From the NCBI GenBank assembly GCA_902783255.1, contig CACZQB010000038.1:5458-69457 (forward strand): a stretch of DNA of 64,000 nt, read 5' to 3'. The notes under the pieces were generated by a model, which saw only the letters and a program-made list of their open reading frames with translations, made no database searches and was not told the origin of the DNA. This DNA comes from Oscillospiraceae bacterium. Its GTDB lineage: Bacteria; Bacillota; Clostridia; Oscillospirales; UBA644. A program made the translations under genes and the position numbers. Of the stretch, positions 19,580-29,317 are shown piece after piece. Every line of letters starts with the position of its first letter. Positions within the stretch are counted from its first letter, which is position 1.

Positions 19580-20686
19580 ATGAATATATTGCTTCATGGC
19601 GCAGTCAGCGGGTCCAATTTCGGCGATTGTCTCTTTGCCGATATCTTCTACAATTCTTTACGACAGTCATTCCCGGATGACAATATCTGGTTTTTCGACA
19701 GACAGCCGTTTGGGATAAGCCAATATCTGCGCTCAAGTCTTGATTATCGTTATATTATGTCCGATGACGATTACAATAAAGTTGATGCATTGGTTTATAT
19801 TTCAGGCGGTTATTTGGGGGAAGATAAAAAATCTCTGAAAGAGTCTCTTGTCCGCTATAAAAGGTATGTTCAGCTCGGAAAAAAATATATCAGCAAAAAA
19901 ATACCGATATTGATAATCGGTCTTGAGGTCGGACCGATTTATTACGGTTTTCTTCGTAAAGGAATTCGTAATATCATTGACAGATCTGTTGTCCTGACTG
20001 TCAGAAATAAAGAATCATATGACTATTGCGTTGAAAATCTGAATATACGCAAGGCGATCAAAACACAGGATACCGCAATATGCGTTGCATCTATGGATAT
20101 TCCGCAAACGACCGGGAAATTGGATCGTTTGTTTGAAGATGCAAAAAAAACTCTGTTTCTTCATGTTCCGTTCGGAGCAAAAGATGATGAAAAATACAAA
20201 AACAACATTCTGATCCCTGTCGTTGATTTCTGTAAAAAACATACGGAATACAGTGTCATTTACGGAATGGATAACGAAGAGAAAAATACAGACCTTACAT
20301 TTATAGAAGAATTGTTCAAAAGCGAATCCATAGCCTGCAGACACTACTTGTATTCATCATACTGGGAAATGTGCAGTTTGCTTAGCCGTGTCGATTTTAT
20401 CGTCACAACAAAGCTTCACGCCGGAATTATCGGCGCGGCTTACGGAAGAGCAGTGGTATCAACGCCTGTTCACCGCTTTAAAACCGAAAGATTTTATCAT
20501 GAAATCGGCTATTCCGATCACTCGTATTCTTATCATAACCTTACCCCTCAGATCATGGATACGCTTCTTGAAGAAAAACATGACAAAAAAATTATTTTAG
20601 ATAAGTCAGTTTATGATAAGTCATTGTCAAATCTTACTATTCTGACAGACAGTCTGAAAAAGATCCGCGAGAACATTAAAGCATGA
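19580..20686 (+). CDS. Polysaccharide pyruvyl transferase family protein
   Basis: 368 aa. N-terminal GSNFGDCLFADIF and C-terminal TTKLHAGIIGAAYGRAVVS match the pyruvyl-transferase (CsaB/WcaK-like) pattern. Confidence 0.7.
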   Translation: MNILLHGAVSGSNFGDCLFADIFYNSLRQSFPDDNIWFFDRQPFGISQYLRSSLDYRYIMSDDDYNKVDALVYISGGYLGEDKKSLKESLVRYKRYVQLGKKYISKKIPILIIGLEVGPIYYGFLRKGIRNIIDRSVVLTVRNKESYDYCVENLNIRKAIKTQDTAICVASMDIPQTTGKLDRLFEDAKKTLFLHVPFGAKDDEKYKNNILIPVVDFCKKHTEYSVIYGMDNEEKNTDLTFIEELFKSESIACRHYLYSSYWEMCSLLSRVDFIVTTKLHAGIIGAAYGRAVVSTPVHRFKTERFYHEIGYSDHSYSYHNLTPQIMDTLLEEKHDKKIILDKSVYDKSLSNLTILTDSLKKIRENIKA

Positions 20687-22140
20687 AAAGTTTAAAGAAG
20701 AATTATGCGTACAATATGGTATACCAGGTTTTGCAGATGATCCTGCCCCTGGTTACCGCTCCGTATATATCAAGAGTCCTTGGTACCGACGGGGTAGGGG
20801 CTTTTTCTTATACGCGTTCCATTGCATATTATTTTTTACTGTTGGGAATGCTCGGAATAAACAATTACGGCAACAGAAGCATTTCTCAGGTAAGAGATAC
20901 CAAAGAAAAAACCGACAGAACATTTTCCGAGTTATATTCTGTCCAGTTTCTTGTTTCCGCATTTTTCCTTTCCGCCTATATCCTTATTTTCATAGTTTTT
21001 AATAATACAGACAAACTCCTGTATGTTGCACAGTTGCCTTATGTATTAAGCGCATGCTTTGATATAAACTGGCTCTTTTTCGGCCTTGAAGAATTTAAGA
21101 TCACGGTTACAAGAAAAGTAGTTATTAAACTGTTTACTACAGCAGGAGTGTTTTTGTTTGTAAAAACTCGGGATGATCTGCTCCTTTATTCCTGGATCAT
21201 GAATATCGGTTATTTTGCAGGGCAGTGCTACCTTTGGATCGGACTTCGCAAATACATCTCTTTTTGTAAAACAAATATTGTCGAAAACTTCAAAAAACAT
21301 ATTAAACCATTGCTGATTTTGTTCATTCCTATCCTCGCAACAAGCATTTACAGGGTTATGGATAAGGTAATGATTGGTTCCTTCGGATCGTATTCAGAAG
21401 TTGCGTTATATGAAAATGCCGACAAAATCGTAATGGTCTGCCTTGGAGTCGTTACCGCATGGGGCAATGTTATGCTCCCGCGAATCAGTAATCTTGTTGC
21501 AAATAACAATCTTGAACAGTGCAGGGTATACCTGAAAAAATCGTTCCAGTTTATCAATTGTATCACTATAGCGATGGGTATGGGGATCTGCGCCGTCGCA
21601 GACAGATTCGTCATTATTTTTTACGGAAACGATTTCGCGGGCAGCGGCGTACTGTTATCCGGTCTGGCGTTTACCCTGATTTTTATCGGATGGTCAAACA
21701 CCTTCAGAAATCAGGTTCTTATACCTATGGAACAGGATAAATACTACGTTCGGGCTATCATCACTGGTGCCGCTGTAAATCTGATAATAAATTCTGTTTT
21801 AATACCTTTACTTGGCGCTATAGGAGCAATGATAGGCACAATGATTGCCGAGCTGACTGTTGCGATATGCCAGATCATACCAATGCGTAAAAGTGTGGAT
21901 ATAAAAACATATATTATTGACGCACTGCCGTTCCTGGCTATGGGCATAATTATGTTTGGCTCAGTCAGATTGATTGACTGGTTGATGCCTTCATACACTA
22001 TAATCAGCCTGTTGATTCAGATAGCATGCGGCGCCGCTGTTTATTGCTCTTTGTGTCTTGTTTATTTTATCAGACATAAAGATACTTTCGGTTATCAGAT
22101 ATTAAAACGTATACTTAAAATCCTGCATATAAATATCTGA
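20683..22140 (+). CDS. wzx: Wzx flippase (MOP/PST family polysaccharide transporter)
   Basis: 485 aa polytopic membrane protein with the typical PST N-terminus (NYAYNMVYQVLQMILPLVTAPYISRVLG). Confidence 0.8.
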   Translation: MKSLKKNYAYNMVYQVLQMILPLVTAPYISRVLGTDGVGAFSYTRSIAYYFLLLGMLGINNYGNRSISQVRDTKEKTDRTFSELYSVQFLVSAFFLSAYILIFIVFNNTDKLLYVAQLPYVLSACFDINWLFFGLEEFKITVTRKVVIKLFTTAGVFLFVKTRDDLLLYSWIMNIGYFAGQCYLWIGLRKYISFCKTNIVENFKKHIKPLLILFIPILATSIYRVMDKVMIGSFGSYSEVALYENADKIVMVCLGVVTAWGNVMLPRISNLVANNNLEQCRVYLKKSFQFINCITIAMGMGICAVADRFVIIFYGNDFAGSGVLLSGLAFTLIFIGWSNTFRNQVLIPMEQDKYYVRAIITGAAVNLIINSVLIPLLGAIGAMIGTMIAELTVAICQIIPMRKSVDIKTYIIDALPFLAMGIIMFGSVRLIDWLMPSYTIISLLIQIACGAAVYCSLCLVYFIRHKDTFGYQILKRILKILHINI

Positions 22141-22250
22141 TTTTTCTCCCGAGGATTTTTGATTCAGTACCTGAAAACAGTATTCAAAAATTCCTGATGC
22201 TGTTTTATGTAAAATAAAAATGTTGAAATACCGATACACAGGAGATACAA

Positions 22251-23372
22251 ATGGCAAAAAAAATAATGGCTGTTTTCGGCACACGTCCAGAAGCTATTAA
22301 AATGTGTCCGTTGGTCAATGAACTGAAAAAAAGAAAGAACCTGCAAACTGTTGTTTGCGTAACCGCGCAGCACCGCCAGATGCTCGATCAGGTGCTCGCA
22401 ACATTCAACGTCGTTCCCGACTACGACCTTAACATAATGAAAGACCGTCAAACGCTTTTTGATATAACCGTAAATATCCTTTCGGGCATCAAAGACGTCC
22501 TGGAGAAAGAAAAACCTGATGTCGTTCTTGTTCACGGCGATACTTCCACAACTTTTGTCACATCGCTTGCGTGTTTTTACCTTCAGATTCCGGTAGGACA
22601 TGTTGAGGCAGGTTTGAGAACATATAACATCTATTCTCCGTATCCCGAAGAGTTCAATCGTCAGGCGGTAGGCATTGTATCTCAATACAACTTTGCACCT
22701 ACTCACCTTGCCGCGGAACATCTTATTAAAGAGGGTAAAAATCCGGATAAGATCTACATCACGGGCAACACGGTAATTGACGCTATGCAGCATACGGTCA
22801 AAGAAGATTATACTCATCCCGAACTTGACTGGGTAGGGGATGGAAAGCTGATTTTCATAACCGCTCACAGAAGAGAAAATCTCGGCGAACCAATGCATAA
22901 TATGTTCAGGGCTATCCGCCGCGTTTTAAACGAACATCCTGACTGTAAGGCAGTATACCCGATTCATATGAATCCTACGGTTCGGCGTATTGCTGATGAA
23001 GAGCTCGGAGATTGCGACCGGATCCATATTATTGAACCGATAGAAGTATTCGACTGCCATAATTTTGAAGCTCGAAGCTATTTGTGTCTCACAGATTCGG
23101 GAGGAATCCAGGAAGAATGCCCCAGTTACGGAGTTCCCGTTCTTGTAATGCGCGATACAACAGAAAGACCGGAGGGCGTAGATGCAGGAACACTTCGCCT
23201 TGTAGGAACAGACGAACAAACGATTTACAAAGCATTTTCGGAACTTCTCGATAAACCGGAAGAGTATGCAAAGATGTCTCATTCAGTAAATCCGTACGGT
23301 GATGGACACGCATGCGAACGAATAGCAGATATTCTTGAAGGCAAGGAGTATATACCGTGGAAATCCGTTTGA
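22251..23372 (+). CDS. wecB: UDP-N-acetylglucosamine 2-epimerase, non-hydrolysing (WecB/MnaA/CapP)
   Basis: 373 aa with VFGTRPEAIKMCPL, HVEAGLRT and TDSGGIQEE blocks. Confidence 0.9.
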   Translation: MAKKIMAVFGTRPEAIKMCPLVNELKKRKNLQTVVCVTAQHRQMLDQVLATFNVVPDYDLNIMKDRQTLFDITVNILSGIKDVLEKEKPDVVLVHGDTSTTFVTSLACFYLQIPVGHVEAGLRTYNIYSPYPEEFNRQAVGIVSQYNFAPTHLAAEHLIKEGKNPDKIYITGNTVIDAMQHTVKEDYTHPELDWVGDGKLIFITAHRRENLGEPMHNMFRAIRRVLNEHPDCKAVYPIHMNPTVRRIADEELGDCDRIHIIEPIEVFDCHNFEARSYLCLTDSGGIQEECPSYGVPVLVMRDTTERPEGVDAGTLRLVGTDEQTIYKAFSELLDKPEEYAKMSHSVNPYGDGHACERIADILEGKEYIPWKSV

Positions 23373-23412
23373 TCAGGATATACGGAAAATAATATAGTAA
23401 ATCAAAAATAAA

Positions 23413-23448
23413 GGAGATCGTCATTTCAGACGGTCTCCATTTTTTTTT
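23413..23448. terminator. Bidirectional rho-independent terminator between wecB (+) and plsY (-)
   Basis: GGAGATCGTC (23413-23422) pairs with GACGGTCTCC (23429-23438) for 10 bp including one G-U. A T8 run follows on the + strand, and the A-rich run upstream provides the U-tract for the - strand. Confidence 0.8.
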
Positions 23449-24067
23449 ATTCACTTTTCCCGAGGCTGAATTTGCTTTCGGTGCCGGAAATAAGTCTTTT
23501 AATATTTTCTTTATGCCTTATAATCATAAATAAAACGCATACCGAATATATTATGGCGGCAACGGTATTGCATCCGAAAAGAAAAAGCATTATAGCTCCC
23601 ACGCTAAGCGCGCACATCGTGGCAAGAGACATATATTTTACCGTCAGCAGCAGTATAACCATTACGGCAACCGCGATCAGTCCGGCAGGCAGATCAATAA
23701 CAAAAAGCACTGACAGCAAAACAAGGAACCCTTTTCCGCCTCTGAATTTATACTGTATAGGAAACGAATGACCGAGCATAACAAACATACCGGTGAATGC
23801 CGCCCCAAGCTGAAAATCATAATTGAATGACGAGATCCATAAACCGAAAAGCAGGCTCATTATTGCGCCTTTCAGCAAATCAAACGCCAATACAAACCAT
23901 GCGTATCTGTTGCCGTATACACGCTTGAAATTCGTAAACCCGGGATTTCCGCTTCCGACATTCCGAATGTCTTCATGATATATCGCCTTTGAAAGCGTGA
24001 TTGCAGGGTTGAATCCTCCGATAACCCAACTGAATACTGCCGCAATAAACCATACTGCTATATTCAT
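23447..24067 (-). CDS. plsY: Glycerol-3-phosphate acyltransferase PlsY
   Basis: 206 aa membrane protein with the GSGNPGFTNFKRV motif. Confidence 0.9.
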   Translation of the reverse strand: MNIAVWFIAAVFSWVIGGFNPAITLSKAIYHEDIRNVGSGNPGFTNFKRVYGNRYAWFVLAFDLLKGAIMSLLFGLWISSFNYDFQLGAAFTGMFVMLGHSFPIQYKFRGGKGFLVLLSVLFVIDLPAGLIAVAVMVILLLTVKYMSLATMCALSVGAIMLFLFGCNTVAAIIYSVCVLFMIIRHKENIKRLISGTESKFSLGKSE

Positions 24068-24079
24068 ACAGTTTTCTCC

Positions 24080-25717
24080 CTATTCAATAATAATGATATA
24101 GCTGTATATCTCCTGTCCGCCGTTGATCACGAAAACCTCGCAGTCGCAATGCGATTTACGGATATGATCCGCAATTTCTTCCGCTTCGTTTTCGTTCGAA
24201 TCCTCCCCGCGAACAATGATGCATATTTCATGACCGTTAAAATCAAGACGGTCTGCAAGCATGCATGCCGTATCACGCCTGTCATTATCCGCGGAAACGA
24301 TTTCTTTCCCCTCAAAACCTATATACTGCCCGTCATGAAGCATGAAGCCGTCCATTTCGGTATTACGGATACATTTAGAAACGTAGGCAGTCGTTACGCC
24401 TTTCATAGCCTCACGCATTTCACTTTCTATTTCATCAGCATTCCCTGAATCCGTATCAAGCATGGTCAAAACCGCATAGCAGTCGCCGACTGAACGACTT
24501 TCAATTACCCGCACGTCTGAATCAGAATACATTTTTGCAGCCTGTTTTGCCGCGAGGATCACATTCCCGTTGTTAGGCAAAACAAAAATAACATCCGCAT
24601 TCACCTGTTTGAACGCCTCAATGAATTCATCTGCGGACGGATTCATGCTTTGTCCGCCTTCTACGATATAATCTGCGCCCATTTCGCGGAATGTCTGTTT
24701 TATTCCTTCTCCGGATGTTACAGCTACAACGGCGAATTTTTTTCGTTCCGTCTTTTCGGCAAGCTTGCTTTCAGACGGCAGACTGTTATGCTGCAAAGAC
24801 ATGTTTTCTATTTTAACGGTCAGATATTCTCCGTATTTCTGGCAAAATTCAAGGACCTTATAGGGTGTTTTTGTGTGAACGTGTATTTTTACTATGCTTC
24901 CGGTTCGAAAACAAACAATAGAATCACCTACGGAAGCCAGGTATCTTTTTATTATATCCGGGTCGAAATTTTCGACATCTGTTTTGGCGTTTTGCAGCCG
25001 CAGCAAAACCTCTGTACAATATCCAAACGTGAGTTCGCTGTTTTCGTCAAATCTGTCAAAGTTGATTTTATTGCTCTGAAACTCATTGTTCTGTTTTGTA
25101 TTGCTCGCTGAAGTATCGCCGTTCAGCGCATTGACAGCTCCTTCAATTATATATATAAGTCCGGCGCCACCAGAATCAACAACGCCTGTTTTTTTGAGGA
25201 CTGCAAGCATATCCGGTGTAGCTTCAAGAGTTTCTTTCGCCTTGAAAAGAAAATCAGAAAGGTAATCATTCACATTTTCGTGACGTTTTTCCTTCGCGTA
25301 ATTAGACGCTTCACGCATCACGGTAAGAATGGTTCCTTCGGTCGGTTCTGCTACCGCGCTGTATGCGCTGTTTACACCGCACAAAAAGGCGTCTGCAATC
25401 TCTTCTGCATCTGCGTAGTCTTTATCTGCAAGTCCGTCGGCAATTCCGTCATAAAACTGAGAAAGTATCACGCCGGAGTTTCCTCTTGCAGAAAGCAGCA
25501 TACCGTTTGCTGTCTTCCTCGAAACTTTTCCGATCTCCTTGTTTTCACAATCCGTTTCGCCGCCCTGCAAAGTCAGCAGCATATTGCTGCCCGTGTCTCC
25601 GTCCGGTATGGGAAAGACATTCAGGTCGTTTACCTCATCTGCATGCAATGAGAGATTATCTATCCCTCCGCGAATCATTTTTATAAAAAGAGAACCGTCA
25701 ATACGCTCGCTTTCCAT
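24080..25717 (-). CDS. DAK2 domain fusion protein (YloV family)
   Basis: FPIPDGDTGSNM DAK2 motif. I moved the start to MESERIDG (25717), adjacent to the degV stop. The track ORF extends to 25771. Confidence 0.8.
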   Translation of the reverse strand: MESERIDGSLFIKMIRGGIDNLSLHADEVNDLNVFPIPDGDTGSNMLLTLQGGETDCENKEIGKVSRKTANGMLLSARGNSGVILSQFYDGIADGLADKDYADAEEIADAFLCGVNSAYSAVAEPTEGTILTVMREASNYAKEKRHENVNDYLSDFLFKAKETLEATPDMLAVLKKTGVVDSGGAGLIYIIEGAVNALNGDTSASNTKQNNEFQSNKINFDRFDENSELTFGYCTEVLLRLQNAKTDVENFDPDIIKRYLASVGDSIVCFRTGSIVKIHVHTKTPYKVLEFCQKYGEYLTVKIENMSLQHNSLPSESKLAEKTERKKFAVVAVTSGEGIKQTFREMGADYIVEGGQSMNPSADEFIEAFKQVNADVIFVLPNNGNVILAAKQAAKMYSDSDVRVIESRSVGDCYAVLTMLDTDSGNADEIESEMREAMKGVTTAYVSKCIRNTEMDGFMLHDGQYIGFEGKEIVSADNDRRDTACMLADRLDFNGHEICIIVRGEDSNENEAEEIADHIRKSHCDCEVFVINGGQEIYSYIIIIE

Positions 25718-25718
25718 T

Positions 25719-26615
25719 TTATCTTTCTCCGATCCTGTAAGTCTGTTCATCTCCGAATGCAAATACCGCAACAGCCTCAGGTCCTATAGATGCGCCTATA
25801 ATTGGACCGATCGTGCAAACATATACATCTTTGCAGGGGATTTCTTTTTGGATCTTATTCTTAAGATCATTAATTTCTTCCGATGAACAGTCTGCATGCG
25901 CGAGATAAACTGTCTGATTCTCGGCATCTTTGATATGCTCTTTAAGAAGAGAAACAATTTCATTAAGGGACGCAGAGCGACCTTTCACTTTCTTTATCGC
26001 TGCCTGTTCTCCGTCCGCATCGGCAACAATTATCGGTTTTACACCAAGCAGATTTCCGAAGAACGCAGCAGACGCCTTTACTCGTCCTGCGCGCTTCAGG
26101 TAGTCAAGTGTGTGCGCCGTGCAAAACTGATGCGCATAATTACGCATATTGTTTATGTATTCAGCAACCTCGTCCGCAGTCGTTCCGTTTTTTGCAAATT
26201 CCGCCGCTTTTATAGCGAGCAGTCCTTCTCCGACGGATGCGTGTAGTGAATTTACGCAGCGGATATTTGCCCCGTCGTATTCCTGCATCAGTTTTTTCGC
26301 AAGCACGGTCGCCGTGTTCACCGAGCCCGACTGTTTTATCGAACATCCGATATACACTATATCGCAGTCTTTATCAAGATACTTTCGGAATACCCTGTTA
26401 AACTCTTCAACGGGTACCTGAGTTGTTGTAATCCTTCCTCCGTTGCGCATGATATCGTAAAATTTATGTGCGTCTTCCGATGTCCATGCAAGATCTGCCA
26501 CGGCGGATTTCCCTTCATAAACGGTTGCCATCCGTGCATAATCAATATCGTATTTTTGCATCAGTTCTGTTGTCAGATCAGAACATGAATCTGTAATTAT
26601 CTTAACTTTTCTCAT
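25719..26615 (-). CDS. degV: DegV family fatty-acid-binding protein
   Basis: 298 aa with the KIITDSCSDL N-terminus typical of DegV. Confidence 0.85.
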   Translation of the reverse strand: MRKVKIITDSCSDLTTELMQKYDIDYARMATVYEGKSAVADLAWTSEDAHKFYDIMRNGGRITTTQVPVEEFNRVFRKYLDKDCDIVYIGCSIKQSGSVNTATVLAKKLMQEYDGANIRCVNSLHASVGEGLLAIKAAEFAKNGTTADEVAEYINNMRNYAHQFCTAHTLDYLKRAGRVKASAAFFGNLLGVKPIIVADADGEQAAIKKVKGRSASLNEIVSLLKEHIKDAENQTVYLAHADCSSEEINDLKNKIQKEIPCKDVYVCTIGPIIGASIGPEAVAVFAFGDEQTYRIGER

Positions 26616-26654
26616 TTTTTACCCCTTTGTATATCTGAAATGCAGCTTTCATTC

Positions 26655-27683
26655 TCAGACGTTATCTGATTCATTATCCGATTCCGATTTCGTCTGAACG
26701 GCGGGTTTATATCCGTCATATTTACGCCAGAATTCTTTAACTGTTGATTCGTATTTTTCCTGCTCGATAAAATAACTGAGCCCGTGTTCAGCTCCAGGAA
26801 CTATCAGCAGCTCTTTCGGCGCGAGGCACGCCTTATAGTTGTCATATGTCATCGTTACCGGCACAAAAGTATCGTCAGACCCGTGAATGAACAGCACCGG
26901 GCGTGTATTGCTCTGCAGAGCAGTCAATGTTGAATATTCATCTGCACGATATTGAATCTTCTGACTGCAAAGATCATCAATAACTTTTTGTCTTACAGCG
27001 TATGAAAGATGCATATTGTCTTCGCAAACATGTTTCCATATCGCTTTTGCGGATGTGAATCCGCAGTCTGCAATTATGCCGTGGACATTTTCGGGAAGCT
27101 CAAGCCCCGAAGCCATCAGCACTGTCGTCGCTCCCATAGAAACGCCTATAAGATAGATCGGCAGTGAAGAACCGCTTTTTCTGTTTGCCCATTCTGCCCA
27201 GTCTGCGCAGTCATATCGCTCCGTCATGCCAAAGCCCATATAACCTCCGCCGCTTTCGCCCTGACCGCGCTGCTCGGCAAAAAGCACGCTGCAATTATTT
27301 TCGAAAAGAAAATCCGCTACAGCACCGAAATCCCACGACCATGTAGAACGCCAACCGTGCATCGCTATAATAATACGTTCGCAGCTGCTTCTATTAAACC
27401 AGTGTCCCACAAGCTTTGTGCCGTCTCTGCCCTCAATTTCAACACGCTCATGTTCTCTTGCCTCGAGTTCTTTTGCCGCCTCAAGCGCTTTTGCATATTC
27501 AGGCGTTTCCTTGAATGTTCCCGTTATGCGAGTCTTTGCCTTTTTCATTACTTCAGGCTCATTGCGGTCAAGCGCTTCCTGAACAAGAGTCGTTGTGATC
27601 ACGTATGATATCCCTGCAGTCACCGCGGCAGCAACTGCAAGAAACCCTGTTCCGACGATAATATTTTTTGTTTTACCTTTCAT
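26655..27683 (-). CDS. Membrane-anchored alpha/beta hydrolase
   Basis: 342 aa with an N-terminal TM, the nucleophile elbow GVSMG, and HGSDDTFVP near the C-terminus. Confidence 0.7.
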   Translation of the reverse strand: MKGKTKNIIVGTGFLAVAAAVTAGISYVITTTLVQEALDRNEPEVMKKAKTRITGTFKETPEYAKALEAAKELEAREHERVEIEGRDGTKLVGHWFNRSSCERIIIAMHGWRSTWSWDFGAVADFLFENNCSVLFAEQRGQGESGGGYMGFGMTERYDCADWAEWANRKSGSSLPIYLIGVSMGATTVLMASGLELPENVHGIIADCGFTSAKAIWKHVCEDNMHLSYAVRQKVIDDLCSQKIQYRADEYSTLTALQSNTRPVLFIHGSDDTFVPVTMTYDNYKACLAPKELLIVPGAEHGLSYFIEQEKYESTVKEFWRKYDGYKPAVQTKSESDNESDNV

Positions 27684-27770
27684 GTCATGCCCTTTCTCGG
27701 AATCTTCCAGTAATCTTTATTATCACAAACATACGAAATTATACATCCTGTAACTAAACTGAAACGAAAC

Positions 27771-27794
27771 AAAAAAACAGACTGTGCAAGTCTG
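27771..27794 (-). terminator. Rho-independent terminator (- strand)
   Basis: CAGACT (27778-27783) pairs with AGTCTG (27789-27794). On the - strand the hairpin is followed by a U7 run (A7 at 27771-27777). Confidence 0.6.
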
Positions 27795-27827
27795 CTTTCT
27801 TCGTTATTATTTTTTTACGCCATTGCT

Positions 27828-28420
27828 TCAAGCATTTTTTTTTGTGACGGAAAACTGTGTTTTTAGACCTGCATCAAAAGCTTTATATTCCTCAAACATG
27901 TATTCCGCCATTCTGTGGACTTCATTTCCTATCGATCCAGCTATATGAGGCGTTAAAATCACATTCGGAAGAGTATATAAACAGTTGTCCGGCTCAGGCG
28001 GTTCGGGCCATGTCACATCAAGGACTGCAACTCTTGAGGGAACGGCGCGCAACGCCTCTGCAAGATCTTTTTCAACGACCTGCGCACCTCTGCCCATGCT
28101 GAAAATACAGCGATTTTTTCAGCAAGAAATTATTTTGCAAAATGCTGGACCGAGCCTGCTGCATAAAAAACAGCTTTCAGCTTTGGCAGGTATTTCCGTA
28201 TTTCTTTCCTTTCAAAATGCGGCATTCCCCATGTAGTGAAAATATAATCCGTTTCTGAAAGTATATCTCTGTATTTTTCTGTTTCATTTTTAGAGATCAC
28301 TTTATCTGTTTCAAAATCCAGATCGTCATGAAGTTTTTTTACCGTGTCTTTTGAATACACATATTCAATTTGCGCTTTATCACCGAAAAATAAGGCGTTT
28401 TTCTTTTTAATATTATCCAT
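27828..28420 (-). pseudogene. Decayed D-isomer-specific 2-hydroxyacid dehydrogenase (nonsense codon plus internal deletion and frameshift)
   Basis: The N-terminal fragment (28130-28420) ends at TAA 28130-28132. The same frame then continues FLAEKIAVFSAW. The C-terminal fragment (27828-28097) is in another frame and starts at the ...GRGAQVVE... region. About 185 aa are encoded and the NAD-binding core is missing. Confidence 0.8.
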
Positions 28421-28486
28421 AATAAGTGTTTCGCTCCGTTATTTTATATCAGGGGAGGATATTTATAACTGATCAAATTAATAAAT

Positions 28487-28513
28487 AAGCACACGGCAGA
28501 ATGTCGTGTGCTT
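28487..28513 (-). terminator. Probable terminator downstream of aqpZ (- strand)
   Basis: AAGCACACG (28487-28495) pairs with CGTGTGCTT (28505-28513). A T-rich stretch follows on the - strand. Confidence 0.5.
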
Positions 28514-28532
28514 GATGTCTGGTTTGCGGCGC

Positions 28533-29213
28533 TTATTTTTCAAGCTTTATCAGTTTGTAAATAATTGCTGCGAGCGCACCTCCAACGAGCGGCGCTACGA
28601 TGAAAATCCAAAGGTTTGCGAGAGCTTCGCCGCCTGCAAGGAGAGCGGGTCCGAAAGAACGCGCGGGGTTTACTGAAGTTCCCGTAAGTCCGATGCCGAG
28701 AATGTGAACGAGCGTGAGCGTAAGACCGATCACAATACCTGCAACATTGCTGTTTTCAGTTTTGCTCGTTACGCCGATTATTGCAAGAACGAATACGCAT
28801 GTAAGAAGAACTTCAATTATTATCGTTGCTGCAATATTTCCGCCTGCGAGTCCGTTTGAACCGAGAGCACCGGTCTGGTCTGTAAGTCCGGCAAGTGAAA
28901 AAATTCCTTTGAGGACTGCTGCGCCTGCCGTTGCGCCGGCAAACTGAGCTACGATGTAAATAAAGAAATCAGCTGCGCTCATCTTGCCCGAAATCAGCAT
29001 TGCAAGCGATACTGCGGGATTGATGTGGCAACCGGAAACATTTCCGATAGAATATGCCATCGCAACTATTACGAGACCGAAGGCCAGCGCAGTAAGAACA
29101 TAACCGCCGCCGTTTACGGCATCACATCCTACTGTCATTGCAGTTCCGCATCCTATAAGGACCAGAACAAACGTGCCGAGAAATTCGGCGATCGCCTTTT
29201 TCAGCTTTTCCAT
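28533..29213 (-). CDS. aqpZ: Aquaporin / MIP family channel (AqpZ-like)
   Basis: Two NPA boxes (HINPAVS, SVNPARS). I moved the start to MEKLKKAIAEFLGTF (29213); the track ORF extends to 29273. Confidence 0.9.
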   Translation of the reverse strand: MEKLKKAIAEFLGTFVLVLIGCGTAMTVGCDAVNGGGYVLTALAFGLVIVAMAYSIGNVSGCHINPAVSLAMLISGKMSAADFFIYIVAQFAGATAGAAVLKGIFSLAGLTDQTGALGSNGLAGGNIAATIIIEVLLTCVFVLAIIGVTSKTENSNVAGIVIGLTLTLVHILGIGLTGTSVNPARSFGPALLAGGEALANLWIFIVAPLVGGALAAIIYKLIKLEK

Positions 29214-29317
29214 AAAATTTACTCCTTTATTCTTATTTTGCGGAATATCCGCATTTTCATCGTAATTATACACCTGTTTTACTGAAAAGTCAAGTTTTAC
29301 GGAATTATTTTTGATTC

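Noticed and set aside
22164-22898. 244-aa ORF on the - strand.
   Set aside because: It is antisense to wecB, whose protein has strong family motifs. The antisense product has no recognisable features.
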